A DNA stretch of 64,000 nt, taken from the IMG/VR virus record IMGVR_UViG_3300029288_000060, positions 96,001 through 160,000 of that record; one strand, given 5' to 3'. Origin of the DNA: a virus (Duplodnaviria > Caudoviricetes). This document shows positions 29,845 through 40,879 of this stretch, piece by piece (position 1 is the stretch's first letter; every line of letters begins with the position of its first letter). Both the position numbers and the translations under genes were made by a program. The notes below the pieces were generated by a model that saw only the letters and a list, made by a program, of their open reading frames with translations, had not been told where the DNA came from and searched no databases.

Positions 29845-29872
29845 GGAGAGGATATATTTATATATCCTCTCC
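29845..29872 (-). terminator. 12-bp hairpin
   Basis: ggagaggatata / tatatcctctcc. Confidence 0.55.
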
Positions 29873-29888
29873 TCTCCCTTCTTTCTAA

Positions 29889-30638
29889 CTAAATAACATG
29901 AATTAGAACATCATCAATTTTCAACAGGTGGTTTATATCTACAATACCTGATTGTTTTTGAATAAACCAATCCACTGTTTTTTCTTTTGTTGTAAATACT
30001 TCTTTGAATTTGGAAGCTTGCTTATACAATAATTGAACTTTTTCTTCGTCGACATTATTAGCAAGTTTTTCTTTTATTTCATTAGAAATCCCGTCATAAC
30101 CAACTAATTTAATAGAGGTTACATTCTTTTTAATTTTTGTTTTTTCATATGGAATAATTTTTCCATCAACATTGGCACAATATACCAAAATTAATCCTGT
30201 TTTTACTCCGTAACTTTTAATGAAAATTTCATCATTATATTGATGTAAAATTTCAAAAGTATCATTTTTAAATATTTTTAGGTAAACAGGAGGCAGATTT
30301 AATACAGGTCTTAATGAAGGATTATAAAAACTAACCAACTCCATATCATCATTGTTTCCTTTTTTAACTTTAAAAATCATATTATCTTTTGGATTAATAT
30401 TTGAAACTTCGGCTTTAACTCTTGAAATATTATGTATAGAATCTGTAAATTTTTCAAACCAGTCATAAAAATTAATTAAATTAATTTCTGGAGTACTTGG
30501 TTGATCTTCTGATTTTGAAGGTTCAGTTTGTATTTCTGTAGTAGGAATTTCCTCTTGTCCTGGATCTTGTTGGACTTTTGTTTCTTCGTTTTCAGAACTA
30601 TTAAGATTTTTTACCATTTCTTGTAAATTTTCTTGCAT
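29889..30638 (-). CDS. hypothetical protein, acidic disordered N-terminus
   Basis: 249 aa, AGGAG SD. Confidence 0.7.
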   Translation of the reverse strand: MQENLQEMVKNLNSSENEETKVQQDPGQEEIPTTEIQTEPSKSEDQPSTPEINLINFYDWFEKFTDSIHNISRVKAEVSNINPKDNMIFKVKKGNNDDMELVSFYNPSLRPVLNLPPVYLKIFKNDTFEILHQYNDEIFIKSYGVKTGLILVYCANVDGKIIPYEKTKIKKNVTSIKLVGYDGISNEIKEKLANNVDEEKVQLLYKQASKFKEVFTTKEKTVDWFIQKQSGIVDINHLLKIDDVLIHVI

Positions 30639-30648
30639 GTATTACTCC

Positions 30649-30867
30649 TTATAGAGGTTCTATTGATATTCTGTTTTTACCTGAATGAATATAAACAATT
30701 TTGTACATCATATCTTCAAATTTGATTTTTTGCCCTACTTCATGTAAAACCATATCTTCAAGATTTCCAATTTGTTCAATTCCAATCCTATTCTTTTTCT
30801 CATTTAAAAAAGTTATTTTATATTCAATACCATTATACATAAATGTGCTTCCAATAATTATTGTCAT
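30649..30867 (-). CDS. small protein made of two repeats
   Basis: YKITFLNEKKNRIGIE / YKIVYIHSGKNRISIE. Confidence 0.6.
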   Translation of the reverse strand: MTIIIGSTFMYNGIEYKITFLNEKKNRIGIEQIGNLEDMVLHEVGQKIKFEDMMYKIVYIHSGKNRISIEPL

Positions 30868-30869
30868 AT

Positions 30870-31223
30870 TTAAGAATCACCCTTCCATTTTTCTTTTATT
30901 CCATTTTCTCTCCATTTATCAACATCAATTGCTGAATAAGATTCTAACGCTGCACCAGCTAATGTAAAAATTTTAATTAATTCTTCATAACAATCTGATG
31001 GACATGAACCTTGTTCTATATATTCTTTTGTTGATAACAACCAATTTGGTAGATCGACTGTCCATTTAGAAACATAATTTTTTTTACATTTTTGTAAATA
31101 ATTATCTAAGAATAATAAAAAAGAACTTAAATTTAATGATGGATTATTTTTATATTCTCCAAAAATATTACCTTGATAATTTCTTTCTTTTTCATATAGT
31201 TTAATAAGCTCATCTCTTGTCAT
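30870..31223 (-). CDS. possible MazG-like nucleotide pyrophosphohydrolase
   Basis: EKER..Q, YEELIKIFTLAGAALE helix pattern. Confidence 0.4.
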   Translation of the reverse strand: MTRDELIKLYEKERNYQGNIFGEYKNNPSLNLSSFLLFLDNYLQKCKKNYVSKWTVDLPNWLLSTKEYIEQGSCPSDCYEELIKIFTLAGAALESYSAIDVDKWRENGIKEKWKGDS

Positions 31224-31582
31224 TAATGATCACGCCAGTTTTGTATAATATTTATATTTGCAAAAGTATTACCTGTCAATTTTAAGATTTCTTTTTCTAA
31301 TATCTTTAATACTTTTTGATTTTTTCCTCCAATATGCCATGATTTAATATCATTTGATGTAATACTAATATCACGTTCATATGATGGACCATCTTTATAA
31401 TTATAAATTGTTATAATTTCATTATCAATTTCTAAAATCCATTCCCAATCTACTTTAAAATCTCCAGAAGGAAATTTACTGCTTGGTTCACCAAAAATAG
31501 ATACAATTTCATCATAATTTAGATTTAAGTATCCTTGTAATGAAGTAATTGTATTCAATGGATATGCTTTTAATTTTTTCAT
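31223..31582 (-). CDS. phage hypothetical protein
   Basis: TSLQG..FGEP..KVDWEW..TIYNYK..WHIGG. Confidence 0.6.
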   Translation of the reverse strand: MKKLKAYPLNTITSLQGYLNLNYDEIVSIFGEPSSKFPSGDFKVDWEWILEIDNEIITIYNYKDGPSYERDISITSNDIKSWHIGGKNQKVLKILEKEILKLTGNTFANINIIQNWRDH

Positions 31583-32706
31583 TTATCTAATCCATAGTCT
31601 ATATTAACAATTTCTGATTTTTCATATTCTCTTTTTCTAATTGCTACTCCGCGCTCTCCTACTCCAGGTTGAAATAATACTAATCTCTCCCATTTAGTTC
31701 TTTTTCCGGGAATGACATAATCCTTTTCCCACTTAACATCCTTTAACCACGCAGGCAGAGTATTTGTTTTTGCATTATAGTATGATAATTCTGTTGCTCT
31801 TGTTGCAAACCTTAGTTTTGGAATTGTTTTATATACATATTGTTTTCTTAATTTTGTTAATGTAACTAGATTTTCCTGATTATGCTTATAAACTGGAAAT
31901 GTTGATTCATTTTCTGGTATATCAATTTCTACATTAAAGGCTTTTACTTTGATTGATTTGCCTTTCTCTGATACTTGTTTTGGCCACTCAACTGGAGTTT
32001 CAGATACAGGATATCTAATTCCTTCTTCTAACATCTTTTTAATTTCAATATTGTAATAAGCTGCTTCCTCTGTTAATCTATCAATTAGACACTTAGTTAT
32101 AAAATAATATTGTCCAAAAAAGCTTGTCCATCTATTTGGATGAGAAAAATTCTTAAAAGTTATATGATTTCCTTCTAAGATCTTACTTTCCATTAAGAAG
32201 TTATTTTCTTTGGCGTTTGGCATAAAGTCAATTCTTTTCCATCCGTCATACCAATTTCCCGACAAATCAGTTATAGAAAAATTTCTATAATCACCCACAG
32301 ATTCGGAAGTAACAACATTCATATCTTTAATTCTTAGTGAAAATAGAAAAGTTTCTTTATTTGCATTTAGTCCTAAAAGACAACCATGTCTATTATCTTT
32401 AGAAACAATCATCTGGCCTTCTTTAAGACGAGTTTTTCTAATTCCTTTATATGTAGGTAAATTAATTACAGCATTTCTATCTGCTAATTCATAAAGAAAA
32501 CATGCTAAATCTAAATCCGTTCCCAAAAATGTTCCGTCCTCTTCATAAGCAGGACCAGGTTTTCTAGAAAATAAATCATAAGTCCACCATTTAGAAACTT
32601 CATTAATTGTTTCAGTGATATCTAAATTTTTATTTAACACATTTACCATTACTGCATTATCTAAAATTGTTTTTAATGTTTGTGCAACTTTTTTTGGTTG
32701 GGTCAT
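31579..32706 (-). CDS. hypothetical protein
   Basis: 375 aa ORF with AGGAG SD. Confidence 0.7.
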   Translation of the reverse strand: MTQPKKVAQTLKTILDNAVMVNVLNKNLDITETINEVSKWWTYDLFSRKPGPAYEEDGTFLGTDLDLACFLYELADRNAVINLPTYKGIRKTRLKEGQMIVSKDNRHGCLLGLNANKETFLFSLRIKDMNVVTSESVGDYRNFSITDLSGNWYDGWKRIDFMPNAKENNFLMESKILEGNHITFKNFSHPNRWTSFFGQYYFITKCLIDRLTEEAAYYNIEIKKMLEEGIRYPVSETPVEWPKQVSEKGKSIKVKAFNVEIDIPENESTFPVYKHNQENLVTLTKLRKQYVYKTIPKLRFATRATELSYYNAKTNTLPAWLKDVKWEKDYVIPGKRTKWERLVLFQPGVGERGVAIRKREYEKSEIVNIDYGLDK

Positions 32707-32718
32707 ATTCAGCTCCTG

Positions 32719-32961
32719 TTATAAATCTTCTTCTAGTATTAAATAATGACAATTATATTTATAGACAACTTTTAAAGTTTTAACTTGATATTTTAGGGTT
32801 TTTGCTAATGTAACTTCATCCATTCTGTAATCTCTACCTTGATAATCTTTAATGTTAAGATTGCCATTACCAAAATAGTTTTTACATCTGCAAGATAAAA
32901 TATCATTTAAATTAAATTCATTTGGATATTCTATTTTACCTGTATAAAGACTTCTTGCCAC
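32719..32961 (-). CDS. hypothetical protein
   Basis: 80 aa with GGAGG SD. Confidence 0.55.
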   Translation of the reverse strand: MARSLYTGKIEYPNEFNLNDILSCRCKNYFGNGNLNIKDYQGRDYRMDEVTLAKTLKYQVKTLKVVYKYNCHYLILEEDL

Positions 32962-32970
32962 ATAATCCTC

Positions 32971-33825
32971 CTAAAAGTAATAACTCCCATCAAATCCGCC
33001 TGGAACGCTCTTCCAAGCTATTGCAATAGCATTTGAAGTATGTAAAGATTCTTCATGAGTACATTTAACAATATAATCATATATAAATGGTTCTTTATTT
33101 AATGCATTACAAATTCTTCTTATACTGTCCTCAACAAACTGAGGATTTTTTGCAGCAACTTCTGCGACATGTTGTTCATCCATTCTTCTTAAAATTGGAT
33201 AAACTGTATTGGATACTGATTTTTCTACTAAATCAATTAATGTCTCTAGCCATATAATATTTTCTGGTTTAACTTCAACCAACAAGTCACAAAAACTTCT
33301 TTGGGCATGTGGATAACCACCAGAACCATTTTCTTTTAAGTGATCACATAATGATGCTGAACATGGACAGTAACTTGCATATTGAACTCGAACTTTTTGA
33401 AAGAATCTAAACTCATAATTATCTAATTTTCCAATAAAACCGCATTTATAATATTGTGGAAATGTTATGTTAGATAATGGTGATTTTTTGGTGATGGGCA
33501 TATCAAAAGTAAATTTAATTAAACTATGTTTGGAATCTGTTTCAACTGCAGTTTTAAATTCTGTAAGTATTTGTTTAATAATGTCATGTTTTAACGGTTT
33601 ACTTAAATACTGCATTATTGTTCGTAAGAGCATGCTCATGCTGATCCCTTTTATTTTAGAACTTAAATCAGTAGACATTTCAATGTTTGCTACTAATTCA
33701 TGATATCCCCCATATAAGCTATCTAGAATAAATGGAACATGAACATTATCAACACCTACCTGATTAATGTATATTTGAAAATCTGGAGTTGTTGAATGTT
33801 GGATATCTGGTAAGTTGTCAATCAT
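32971..33825 (-). CDS. folE2: GTP cyclohydrolase I type B (FolE2)
   Basis: LPDIQ, VGV, KGISMS, CPCS, HAQRS, NPQFVED, HEESLH. Confidence 0.9.
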   Translation of the reverse strand: MIDNLPDIQHSTTPDFQIYINQVGVDNVHVPFILDSLYGGYHELVANIEMSTDLSSKIKGISMSMLLRTIMQYLSKPLKHDIIKQILTEFKTAVETDSKHSLIKFTFDMPITKKSPLSNITFPQYYKCGFIGKLDNYEFRFFQKVRVQYASYCPCSASLCDHLKENGSGGYPHAQRSFCDLLVEVKPENIIWLETLIDLVEKSVSNTVYPILRRMDEQHVAEVAAKNPQFVEDSIRRICNALNKEPFIYDYIVKCTHEESLHTSNAIAIAWKSVPGGFDGSYYF

Positions 33826-33839
33826 TTGTACTTTCTCCT

Positions 33840-34124
33840 TTAATAGTTAAGCGTTTCTTGGATTTTTAAATATTCCATAATACTTTTTTTAAATTTAAGG
33901 ATATTTTCATAATACTTTTTTTGTTCTTCTGGATCGGTTGTTGGATAACAACAAATACATTTATCTTCAATATTAGAACAATAAACGTTAAAATATGGAA
34001 GTTCATCTTCATTATTATCGATCCTATTTATTTTTCCATCTTCATCAATACCAAATGATTTTGTTGGAGTTATAAAATCTACATATAATTCGCTACCACA
34101 ATTAGCGCAAAACATTTTTTCCAT
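33840..34124 (-). CDS. small Cys-containing protein
   Basis: CANC N-terminus. Confidence 0.55.
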   Translation of the reverse strand: MEKMFCANCGSELYVDFITPTKSFGIDEDGKINRIDNNEDELPYFNVYCSNIEDKCICCYPTTDPEEQKKYYENILKFKKSIMEYLKIQETLNY

Positions 34125-34156
34125 ATGTAAAATCCTTTTTTTAAATTAAGGGAGAT

Positions 34157-37100
34157 TTAATTCCCCTTTTCTAACTCCATGTCTACACCTGTAACCAACA
34201 AAGAGTTTCTTAACAAATTAACTGTTTCTGGAATAGTTGAAATATCTGTATCATCTTTTAAATAATTTGAATCAATAATATTTTTTATGTATTGATTTTT
34301 TAAATCAATACAATCAGATTTGGTTGTTAAGAATTCAGTTAAATTATCCAACGCTCCATGTCCTATTAGAGCGCTTTGTTCCATTTCTCCTAAACGCTGA
34401 CCACCATGATTTTTTCTTCCACCAGGTGGCTGTAATGTCTTTCTATTATACAATGAAATAGACCTAAAAGTCATTTTATTTGCAGCAATATGTATCATTC
34501 TAAAGAAATACATAAAACCAACACATATAGGATTTAATATAAAATCATCTGAAGCATAATCAAAGAGTTTATATTCATGTTTAGTATTAGTATATTTCAT
34601 TGCTTTTAAAACCATATCATAATCAGAAGATTCAAATGGTGGCGCAAGTAAGGTAATGTTATTTAAAAAATCTTCATTTATTTTTTCATTTTTTAATTGC
34701 GCTTTAAATTGTTTATAATACCAATTATTTTTCGTATTATCAATTAATTTAATATAGTACAATAAATTCTTTTTAATTTTAGAAATTCTATCAGATTCAG
34801 ATTCATCGGGATTTAATGGGTCATTAAGCATACATATTAATTGAGTTTTTAAATCATTTAAAGACATCGCAAGGTTTGCTTCAAAAACTTGACCTACATT
34901 CATTCTTGAGATAATTCCCAAAGGATTAATACAAATGTCTACATGTCTACCATCTTCCATTTTTGGCATTTCTTCATGGGGTAAAATTTTTGATATTACA
35001 CCTTTATTTCCATGACGGTTGCCAATTTTATCACCGACCTCAATATTTTTTAAATACATAGCTGACATTTCAACATGTATCCCATTAATTTCTTCACCTT
35101 TGATTTTATACTTTCCTGAATGAGAAAACTTATCTAAATTATTATCTCTAATAAATTGTAAAGCTCTAGATTTTGGTAGTCTTGTATAAATTATATTTTG
35201 AAGATTTTTTTCTTCATCTATTTGACGTTGTTGAGTTTTTTCAACCCATTCTGAATACTGTTTAATTTCTTCATTATATTTGTTTACATATATATCTACA
35301 TTCATGACAAATAACGTATTTTTTGTTAATAATGGAATTTCTTCTTTAAAAATTGAATTATATTCTAATGGATTTCCAGACATTTCTTTTAAAATTGCAT
35401 AAGGTTGTCCACTATTAATTATGTCATATTTCTTTTTAAATCTTTTTTCATCTTGTATAGTGTAAGGTCTTGGTAAGGGTTTATATCTATTTTTTTCTAG
35501 TGATAATAAGATTTTTGATTCTGGAATATTAAATGATAAATCTTTTACATGAACAGATGTAAAAATATTTTCTTTAATTAGTCTATCTGAAATAATGATT
35601 CCATCTTCATAGTTATAACCATCCTTTGGCATAATTGCAGTAAGTAAATTCTTACCAAAATTTATTTCACTATTTTTACAATAATTACTCTCAGCAATTA
35701 TATCACCAGCTTTAACTTTATCGCCTTCATGAACATACACTTCCATTAAATCAACATTTTCTACATATATCTTTCTTGCACCTACATTAATTAAATCAAA
35801 ATCTCCATCATCATATACAATCATAACAAAATCATAATCAACATAGATAACTTCACCATCTTTTTTAGCTCTTTTAATAAATTGAGTATAATCTGTATAT
35901 AATCCTTCACAACCAGTTTTAATCATAGGTTGATCAAAATTAAATAACATTATTGCCTGTCTCATTTGAGAAGATGCCATTTGTAATCTTGTCTGGTCGT
36001 CATTCTCTAAAAATGGCACCATTGTAACAGGAATTGAAATTGGTTGTTCTTTTATTGTCTTTTCAGTAAACTTTAAATTATTATCTAAATTAACATTAGG
36101 TAAAAGACTTTGTAATATACCACAATTTTCTCTATCTGGAGTATCAACAGGACAAATTCTTCCAAACATTGATGGTTGAATATCTCTTAGATAATAAGGA
36201 ACATTTTCTCTATTAAATCCTCCTGGTCCAACTAAACTAGTTCTAGATAACATAGTAAGTTCTTCAATTGGATTAATTGCAAAATCAAACTGAATAATAT
36301 TAGACACATTACAATCAGATAAAATTTGAGAAGAATTAATTCCAAATTTTGGATTTTTTGTTGTTCTATTTGCCATACATAAATCAAAAACTGCTTTTGA
36401 AACTCTGGATAATATTATATATTCAAAACACCTTATTCTTTTATTTATAAAATCTGTATCATCAATATTATTAATTTTTATTACATTGATTAGGTCCCCT
36501 AAAACTGTTCCGGTTGTAAAGAATCTTGCTGATATTAAATCAGTTTTAAGGATTAAATCTAACCCATAAATTAAATCCTCGCCTTTAATCTTATAATCAT
36601 ACTTAGAATAATATTTTCCTGCTTCTTTAATCAGGTCTTCTTTAGTATATTTATAAACTTCGTAACCAAGATAAAACTTCTTTAAATCAAATAAAAGTTT
36701 ATCATAAATATCGTAAGTAATTAATTGAATACTTTCATCATCATTAATTTTATCTTGGTCAAACTCAAACATTTTTTCAATTTCTTCACGGGTATAATAT
36801 GAAAATATTACTAAAGATAAGGGCAATTTTTTTCCAAAAATAGAAATGTGTACATAAGGAAATTCTTTCTCTTCTAAAATCATTAAAGATGTAACATTAG
36901 TTCTCATCTTTATTGTTTTTCCTCTAGTAACAAAAGGAATATCAAATAATTGAAATAAAGGTATTTTCCTTTTACCTCCAATAACTAAATAATTATCATC
37001 CACTAATTTTGGAATAAACATAGATAAATCAATTTCTGATTCGCCTTTTTTTAGTTTAATTACTAAATTTTTCTTTAACGTTCTATATAATTCACCGGAC

Positions 37101-37267
37101 GAAAACTTGGATTCTCTAATTCCAAAATCTGTAATTATAAATCCAAGTTCCTCGGCCGGTCTAAGAATTTCTCTAATTATTGATTCTAGATTTTCATAAT
37201 CTTGTTTTCTCAATGTAAATATATTTCTTTCTTGATTAACTTCATAACCAGGATTTATAAATTTCAA
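34157..37267 (-). CDS. rpoB: DNA-directed RNA polymerase beta-like subunit
   Basis: GRICPVDTPD..NCG, GYNYEDG, GDKIGNRHGNKGV, NPLGIISRMN, GGQRLGEME. Confidence 0.95.
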   Translation of the reverse strand: MKFINPGYEVNQERNIFTLRKQDYENLESIIREILRPAEELGFIITDFGIRESKFSSGELYRTLKKNLVIKLKKGESEIDLSMFIPKLVDDNYLVIGGKRKIPLFQLFDIPFVTRGKTIKMRTNVTSLMILEEKEFPYVHISIFGKKLPLSLVIFSYYTREEIEKMFEFDQDKINDDESIQLITYDIYDKLLFDLKKFYLGYEVYKYTKEDLIKEAGKYYSKYDYKIKGEDLIYGLDLILKTDLISARFFTTGTVLGDLINVIKINNIDDTDFINKRIRCFEYIILSRVSKAVFDLCMANRTTKNPKFGINSSQILSDCNVSNIIQFDFAINPIEELTMLSRTSLVGPGGFNRENVPYYLRDIQPSMFGRICPVDTPDRENCGILQSLLPNVNLDNNLKFTEKTIKEQPISIPVTMVPFLENDDQTRLQMASSQMRQAIMLFNFDQPMIKTGCEGLYTDYTQFIKRAKKDGEVIYVDYDFVMIVYDDGDFDLINVGARKIYVENVDLMEVYVHEGDKVKAGDIIAESNYCKNSEINFGKNLLTAIMPKDGYNYEDGIIISDRLIKENIFTSVHVKDLSFNIPESKILLSLEKNRYKPLPRPYTIQDEKRFKKKYDIINSGQPYAILKEMSGNPLEYNSIFKEEIPLLTKNTLFVMNVDIYVNKYNEEIKQYSEWVEKTQQRQIDEEKNLQNIIYTRLPKSRALQFIRDNNLDKFSHSGKYKIKGEEINGIHVEMSAMYLKNIEVGDKIGNRHGNKGVISKILPHEEMPKMEDGRHVDICINPLGIISRMNVGQVFEANLAMSLNDLKTQLICMLNDPLNPDESESDRISKIKKNLLYYIKLIDNTKNNWYYKQFKAQLKNEKINEDFLNNITLLAPPFESSDYDMVLKAMKYTNTKHEYKLFDYASDDFILNPICVGFMYFFRMIHIAANKMTFRSISLYNRKTLQPPGGRKNHGGQRLGEMEQSALIGHGALDNLTEFLTTKSDCIDLKNQYIKNIIDSNYLKDDTDISTIPETVNLLRNSLLVTGVDMELEKGN

Positions 37268-37333
37268 AGTTATCTTCTCCTTTTACTGAATATTATTACA
37301 TTTCTCACGATAATTTTGTTTATTTAATAAAGA

Positions 37334-40063
37334 TTATAAAGATTCTCCACAAATAATTTTATCAAAAATACCTTTATATTTTCCAGACTTTTGAATACCT
37401 TTAATGATTTGTCTTTTAGGGTTAGAAAATCCTAAACCTAAAATCCAGCTCGCTTTTTCAGGAACAGATTGAATGCTGTAATAAACAGGAACTATTTTAT
37501 TCCTATCTTTTACCAATCTCCATAAATTTTCTTGACCATTATCAATTGCCCACATCATCTGAGATACTATACATTCAAAATGAACATGATGTATATTTCT
37601 GCTCCTGTTATATATTTCATATGAATTATCAACTAAGTCTTTATAATTTTTATCTTTTGTTTGATGAAATAGTCTTGATGCTAAAGTTAAATCCCCAACA
37701 ATATCTTTTTGTTTAGATTCTTTATTTTCCTCTTCTTCATCTTTTCCTAATTTTGCAACCCCCGAGTTGTGGAACGTACGAAGTATAAGCTGAGTATTTG
37801 TTTCTCCCAATGACTGCGCCGCGATAATTCCAATAAAATTACTATGAATATTTTTCCATAAATCTCCGTAACATTTATGACATATTTCTTGACTATTGCA
37901 AAAAATTGGACTTCTTATTTTAATAGTTTTGTTTATTAACTCTATTCTGTTTTTTTCTGTAATTTTTTCAAGCTGGTTTTTTTCATTTAGAAAATATCTA
38001 TCTAATAACATTTTTGATTTTTTATCATCGTTTACATAAACATCAAGAAAATCTTGTGTACCACAATCATCAATATCTTTACTTAGTTCTAAATTTGAGC
38101 CTGTAAATAATAATTTTCTCGATAAGTACCCGGAAGTACCAGTATTTAAGGCAACATCTAAAAGACCTTTTCTACAACCATATGTTGAATTGAAAAATTC
38201 TTCTTGTGTTAATCCCTCCAATAAACTATGTTTAATTGGTTTTTCTTTAATCATTCCATTAAAATCTGAAACAAAACCTCTAGAAAATACAATCTGGGAT
38301 GCTTGTTCCCAACTTCCCCTAGCACCTGATTCGATTAAATAAGAATAATTAAAATTATCTTTTAGGAAATTTATTGTTTCTGGGGAAGTAAGTTTTCTAA
38401 TTTTTTCCAAAATTGTTCCGTTTTCTTCATATATTTTATCTCTTAGTTTACCCGAATTTTTTATTTCAAAAGCTTTTAGGGATAATGTAGGACCAAAAAT
38501 AGTTGAATATTTAAATCCAATTTCTTTAATCTTATCTAAAGTATTTGCAACAATATTTTCCGGGTATATTTCTTTAATATTATTCAATATTTTTAAAAGT
38601 TCTTTTTTTCCAACAGGATAATTTATTAACTCATAATCTTCAGGAAAACAATCATTTAAAATTTTAAGAGATTCAGGAACTTTTTTTCCTTTGTAGTCAA
38701 TTATATTTTGCAATTTTGGGAATTGATTCGTACTTAATGTATATATACCTAAAACTATATCCTGACTTGGTAGTGTTGATAATTCATTATTGGCAGCATT
38801 CGTAAAATTTTTTGTAATAATAACTTTTTCCAATAATTCATCTTTTGTTTTTTTAGAAATAGGTACATATACTGCCATTTGATCACCATCAAAATCCGCG
38901 TTAAATCCTGAACATACCAATGGATGTAGTTTAATTACATTATCTTTAGAAATTTTAATCTTAAATGCCACCATACTTAATCTATGTAATGTTGGTTGTC
39001 TATTTAAGATACATAATTCATTTTTAGATAATTCTTCACAAATATTGTATAATGAAAAGTTAGAAAACGTAACACATTGATCTATATAATCTATTGCTTG
39101 ATTTAATAATTTAAATTTACTAAGTTCTATTAATTTTTTAGCAACTGGTAATTTAAATAACTCTAAAAAACCAACATATGGTAAAGAACATTCATCAATA
39201 TTTAAAGCAGGATCTGGTATAATAACAGCTCTGCCAGAAAAATCAATTCTTTTTCCTAGTATATTACCTCTTATTAATCCTTCTTTTTTAGATAATTTTT
39301 CAATAATATGCTCATACAATTCAGTTGCGTCTTTTTGTAATTGTTTAAAATAAGAATAAAAGAGAGTTTTATCCCTAGTAATATCAATAATAGTATCTTT
39401 CATAGATTCTTTTTTGGTAAGGATTTGCATATAGAATCTATTTATTTTATCCACAATTTGATTATTTCTTTCAACTCCTTTTGCTGCAGGCCTTAAATCT
39501 GGTGGTAAAACTAAGATATTTTGAGTAAATAATTTATCAAGATTATCTAATATATTTTTCCATTTACTATTAGGATCATCCTCAACATACGCCATAGCCA
39601 TATTACTAATTAACTCATATATTGCATCCAATTTTTCCCATCTTAAAACACCTGGCGGAACTTTATCTTCTTCAGTTACAAAATAAAAGTCATCTTTTGT
39701 GTATAACACACTTTTTTCATTTTTCATTAACTTATTCAAATACGCTTTTAATTTATTTCCTGCTATATCAATAACTAAATCATACATAATTGGATTAACT
39801 ATTTGAACTGGTAATACTATTTTAGCAAATCTTTTTCTTCTTACATCGCTATTTACAATATCTACACCACAAATTTTACATGTACCACCTGACCTGGAAA
39901 CACCATGATATACATCACATTGACAAGTATAATTCTTTACAGGCCCAAAAATTTGCTCAGAAAATAACCCTTCTGAATGAAATTTTCTTTTGTCAATAAT
40001 CTTAGAAGATGTTATTTCTTTTAAATCTTCACAAAATGCTCCTAAATCAAGAAGTTTTGGCAT
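37334..40063 (-). CDS. rpoC: DNA-directed RNA polymerase beta'-like subunit
   Basis: GLFSEQIFGP, Zn-finger Cys, LPPDLRP, GKRIDFSGR, NRQPTLH, NADFDGDQM, SGYLSRKL; ATG 40063 follows GAGG (track start 40096). Confidence 0.95.
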   Translation of the reverse strand: MPKLLDLGAFCEDLKEITSSKIIDKRKFHSEGLFSEQIFGPVKNYTCQCDVYHGVSRSGGTCKICGVDIVNSDVRRKRFAKIVLPVQIVNPIMYDLVIDIAGNKLKAYLNKLMKNEKSVLYTKDDFYFVTEEDKVPPGVLRWEKLDAIYELISNMAMAYVEDDPNSKWKNILDNLDKLFTQNILVLPPDLRPAAKGVERNNQIVDKINRFYMQILTKKESMKDTIIDITRDKTLFYSYFKQLQKDATELYEHIIEKLSKKEGLIRGNILGKRIDFSGRAVIIPDPALNIDECSLPYVGFLELFKLPVAKKLIELSKFKLLNQAIDYIDQCVTFSNFSLYNICEELSKNELCILNRQPTLHRLSMVAFKIKISKDNVIKLHPLVCSGFNADFDGDQMAVYVPISKKTKDELLEKVIITKNFTNAANNELSTLPSQDIVLGIYTLSTNQFPKLQNIIDYKGKKVPESLKILNDCFPEDYELINYPVGKKELLKILNNIKEIYPENIVANTLDKIKEIGFKYSTIFGPTLSLKAFEIKNSGKLRDKIYEENGTILEKIRKLTSPETINFLKDNFNYSYLIESGARGSWEQASQIVFSRGFVSDFNGMIKEKPIKHSLLEGLTQEEFFNSTYGCRKGLLDVALNTGTSGYLSRKLLFTGSNLELSKDIDDCGTQDFLDVYVNDDKKSKMLLDRYFLNEKNQLEKITEKNRIELINKTIKIRSPIFCNSQEICHKCYGDLWKNIHSNFIGIIAAQSLGETNTQLILRTFHNSGVAKLGKDEEEENKESKQKDIVGDLTLASRLFHQTKDKNYKDLVDNSYEIYNRSRNIHHVHFECIVSQMMWAIDNGQENLWRLVKDRNKIVPVYYSIQSVPEKASWILGLGFSNPKRQIIKGIQKSGKYKGIFDKIICGESL

Positions 40064-40406
40064 CTTTTTTATCGACCTCGCTTTCACTTTTTTCACTTAA
40101 ACAATCATCTGATTTTTTGTCGTCATCCCAAAAAATATCATTATTATTTTGTTTTTGAGTTATTAAAATAAAATGAGCTATTTCCATAAAATGTTTCTTA
40201 ACATAACTTGCTATTAAAGGATCTATTTCTTTCATTATATCTTTCATTAATATTTTAATATTTTTTTCTTTAAAATAATTTTCTTCATTAATAATACCTT
40301 TAATCATTTCTTTAAATTGTAAATTAACATTATTATTTTCACTTTGCTTTTTCATTTGTACCTCTTTTCTTTTTTCTAGATTCAAATAAACTGGTGATAA
40401 AATCAT
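40047..40406 (-). CDS. hypothetical protein
   Basis: ORF in operon; true start probably MKKQSE. Confidence 0.5.
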   Translation of the reverse strand: MILSPVYLNLEKRKEVQMKKQSENNNVNLQFKEMIKGIINEENYFKEKNIKILMKDIMKEIDPLIASYVKKHFMEIAHFILITQKQNNNDIFWDDDKKSDDCLSEKSESEVDKKDAKTS

Positions 40407-40536
40407 TGAATATTTCTTTTATGAATTCTAAAATACTATTACACCCTTTTTTAACTACTGGTTCTAAATCCTCTAAGGTTTCATTTCCTATTTTTTTTAA
40501 ATCTTCTTTATATTTTTGTTTTTTTGATTCATTCAT
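40339..40536 (-). CDS. hypothetical protein
   Basis: 65 aa with GGAGG SD. Confidence 0.5.
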   Translation of the reverse strand: MNESKKQKYKEDLKKIGNETLEDLEPVVKKGCNSILEFIKEIFNDFITSLFESRKKKRGTNEKAK

Positions 40537-40879
40537 TTTTTCTATCCTCCACTATTTTAAAATCTTGCCAAGGTTGATAAAATGCACTATCAAAATTAAA
40601 AATCTTAAACATATTTTCGATAATTTGTATTGTTTCATCATTTACAACGTTATCTTTAATAAAATCTGGAAAACAAAATTCTTTTGTTTTTGGATCACAG
40701 TTTGGATGATTGCCTTTATTAATTATTATTTTTTCAATCTTTTTCATTTCATTCGTATATATAGTAAATTCATTTATAATATAATTAGAATTTAAAATGG
40801 TAATATTATAAAGAATTGAGTTACAAATTAACTTATTTGGAACTATTGTTTTTTCTATAACATTCTGTTCAATAATCAT
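40529..40879 (-). CDS. E2/UBC-like protein
   Basis: HPNCDPKTKEFC matches the UBC HPN...C catalytic signature; overlaps the ThiF gene. Confidence 0.55.
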   Translation of the reverse strand: MIIEQNVIEKTIVPNKLICNSILYNITILNSNYIINEFTIYTNEMKKIEKIIINKGNHPNCDPKTKEFCFPDFIKDNVVNDETIQIIENMFKIFNFDSAFYQPWQDFKIVEDRKNE

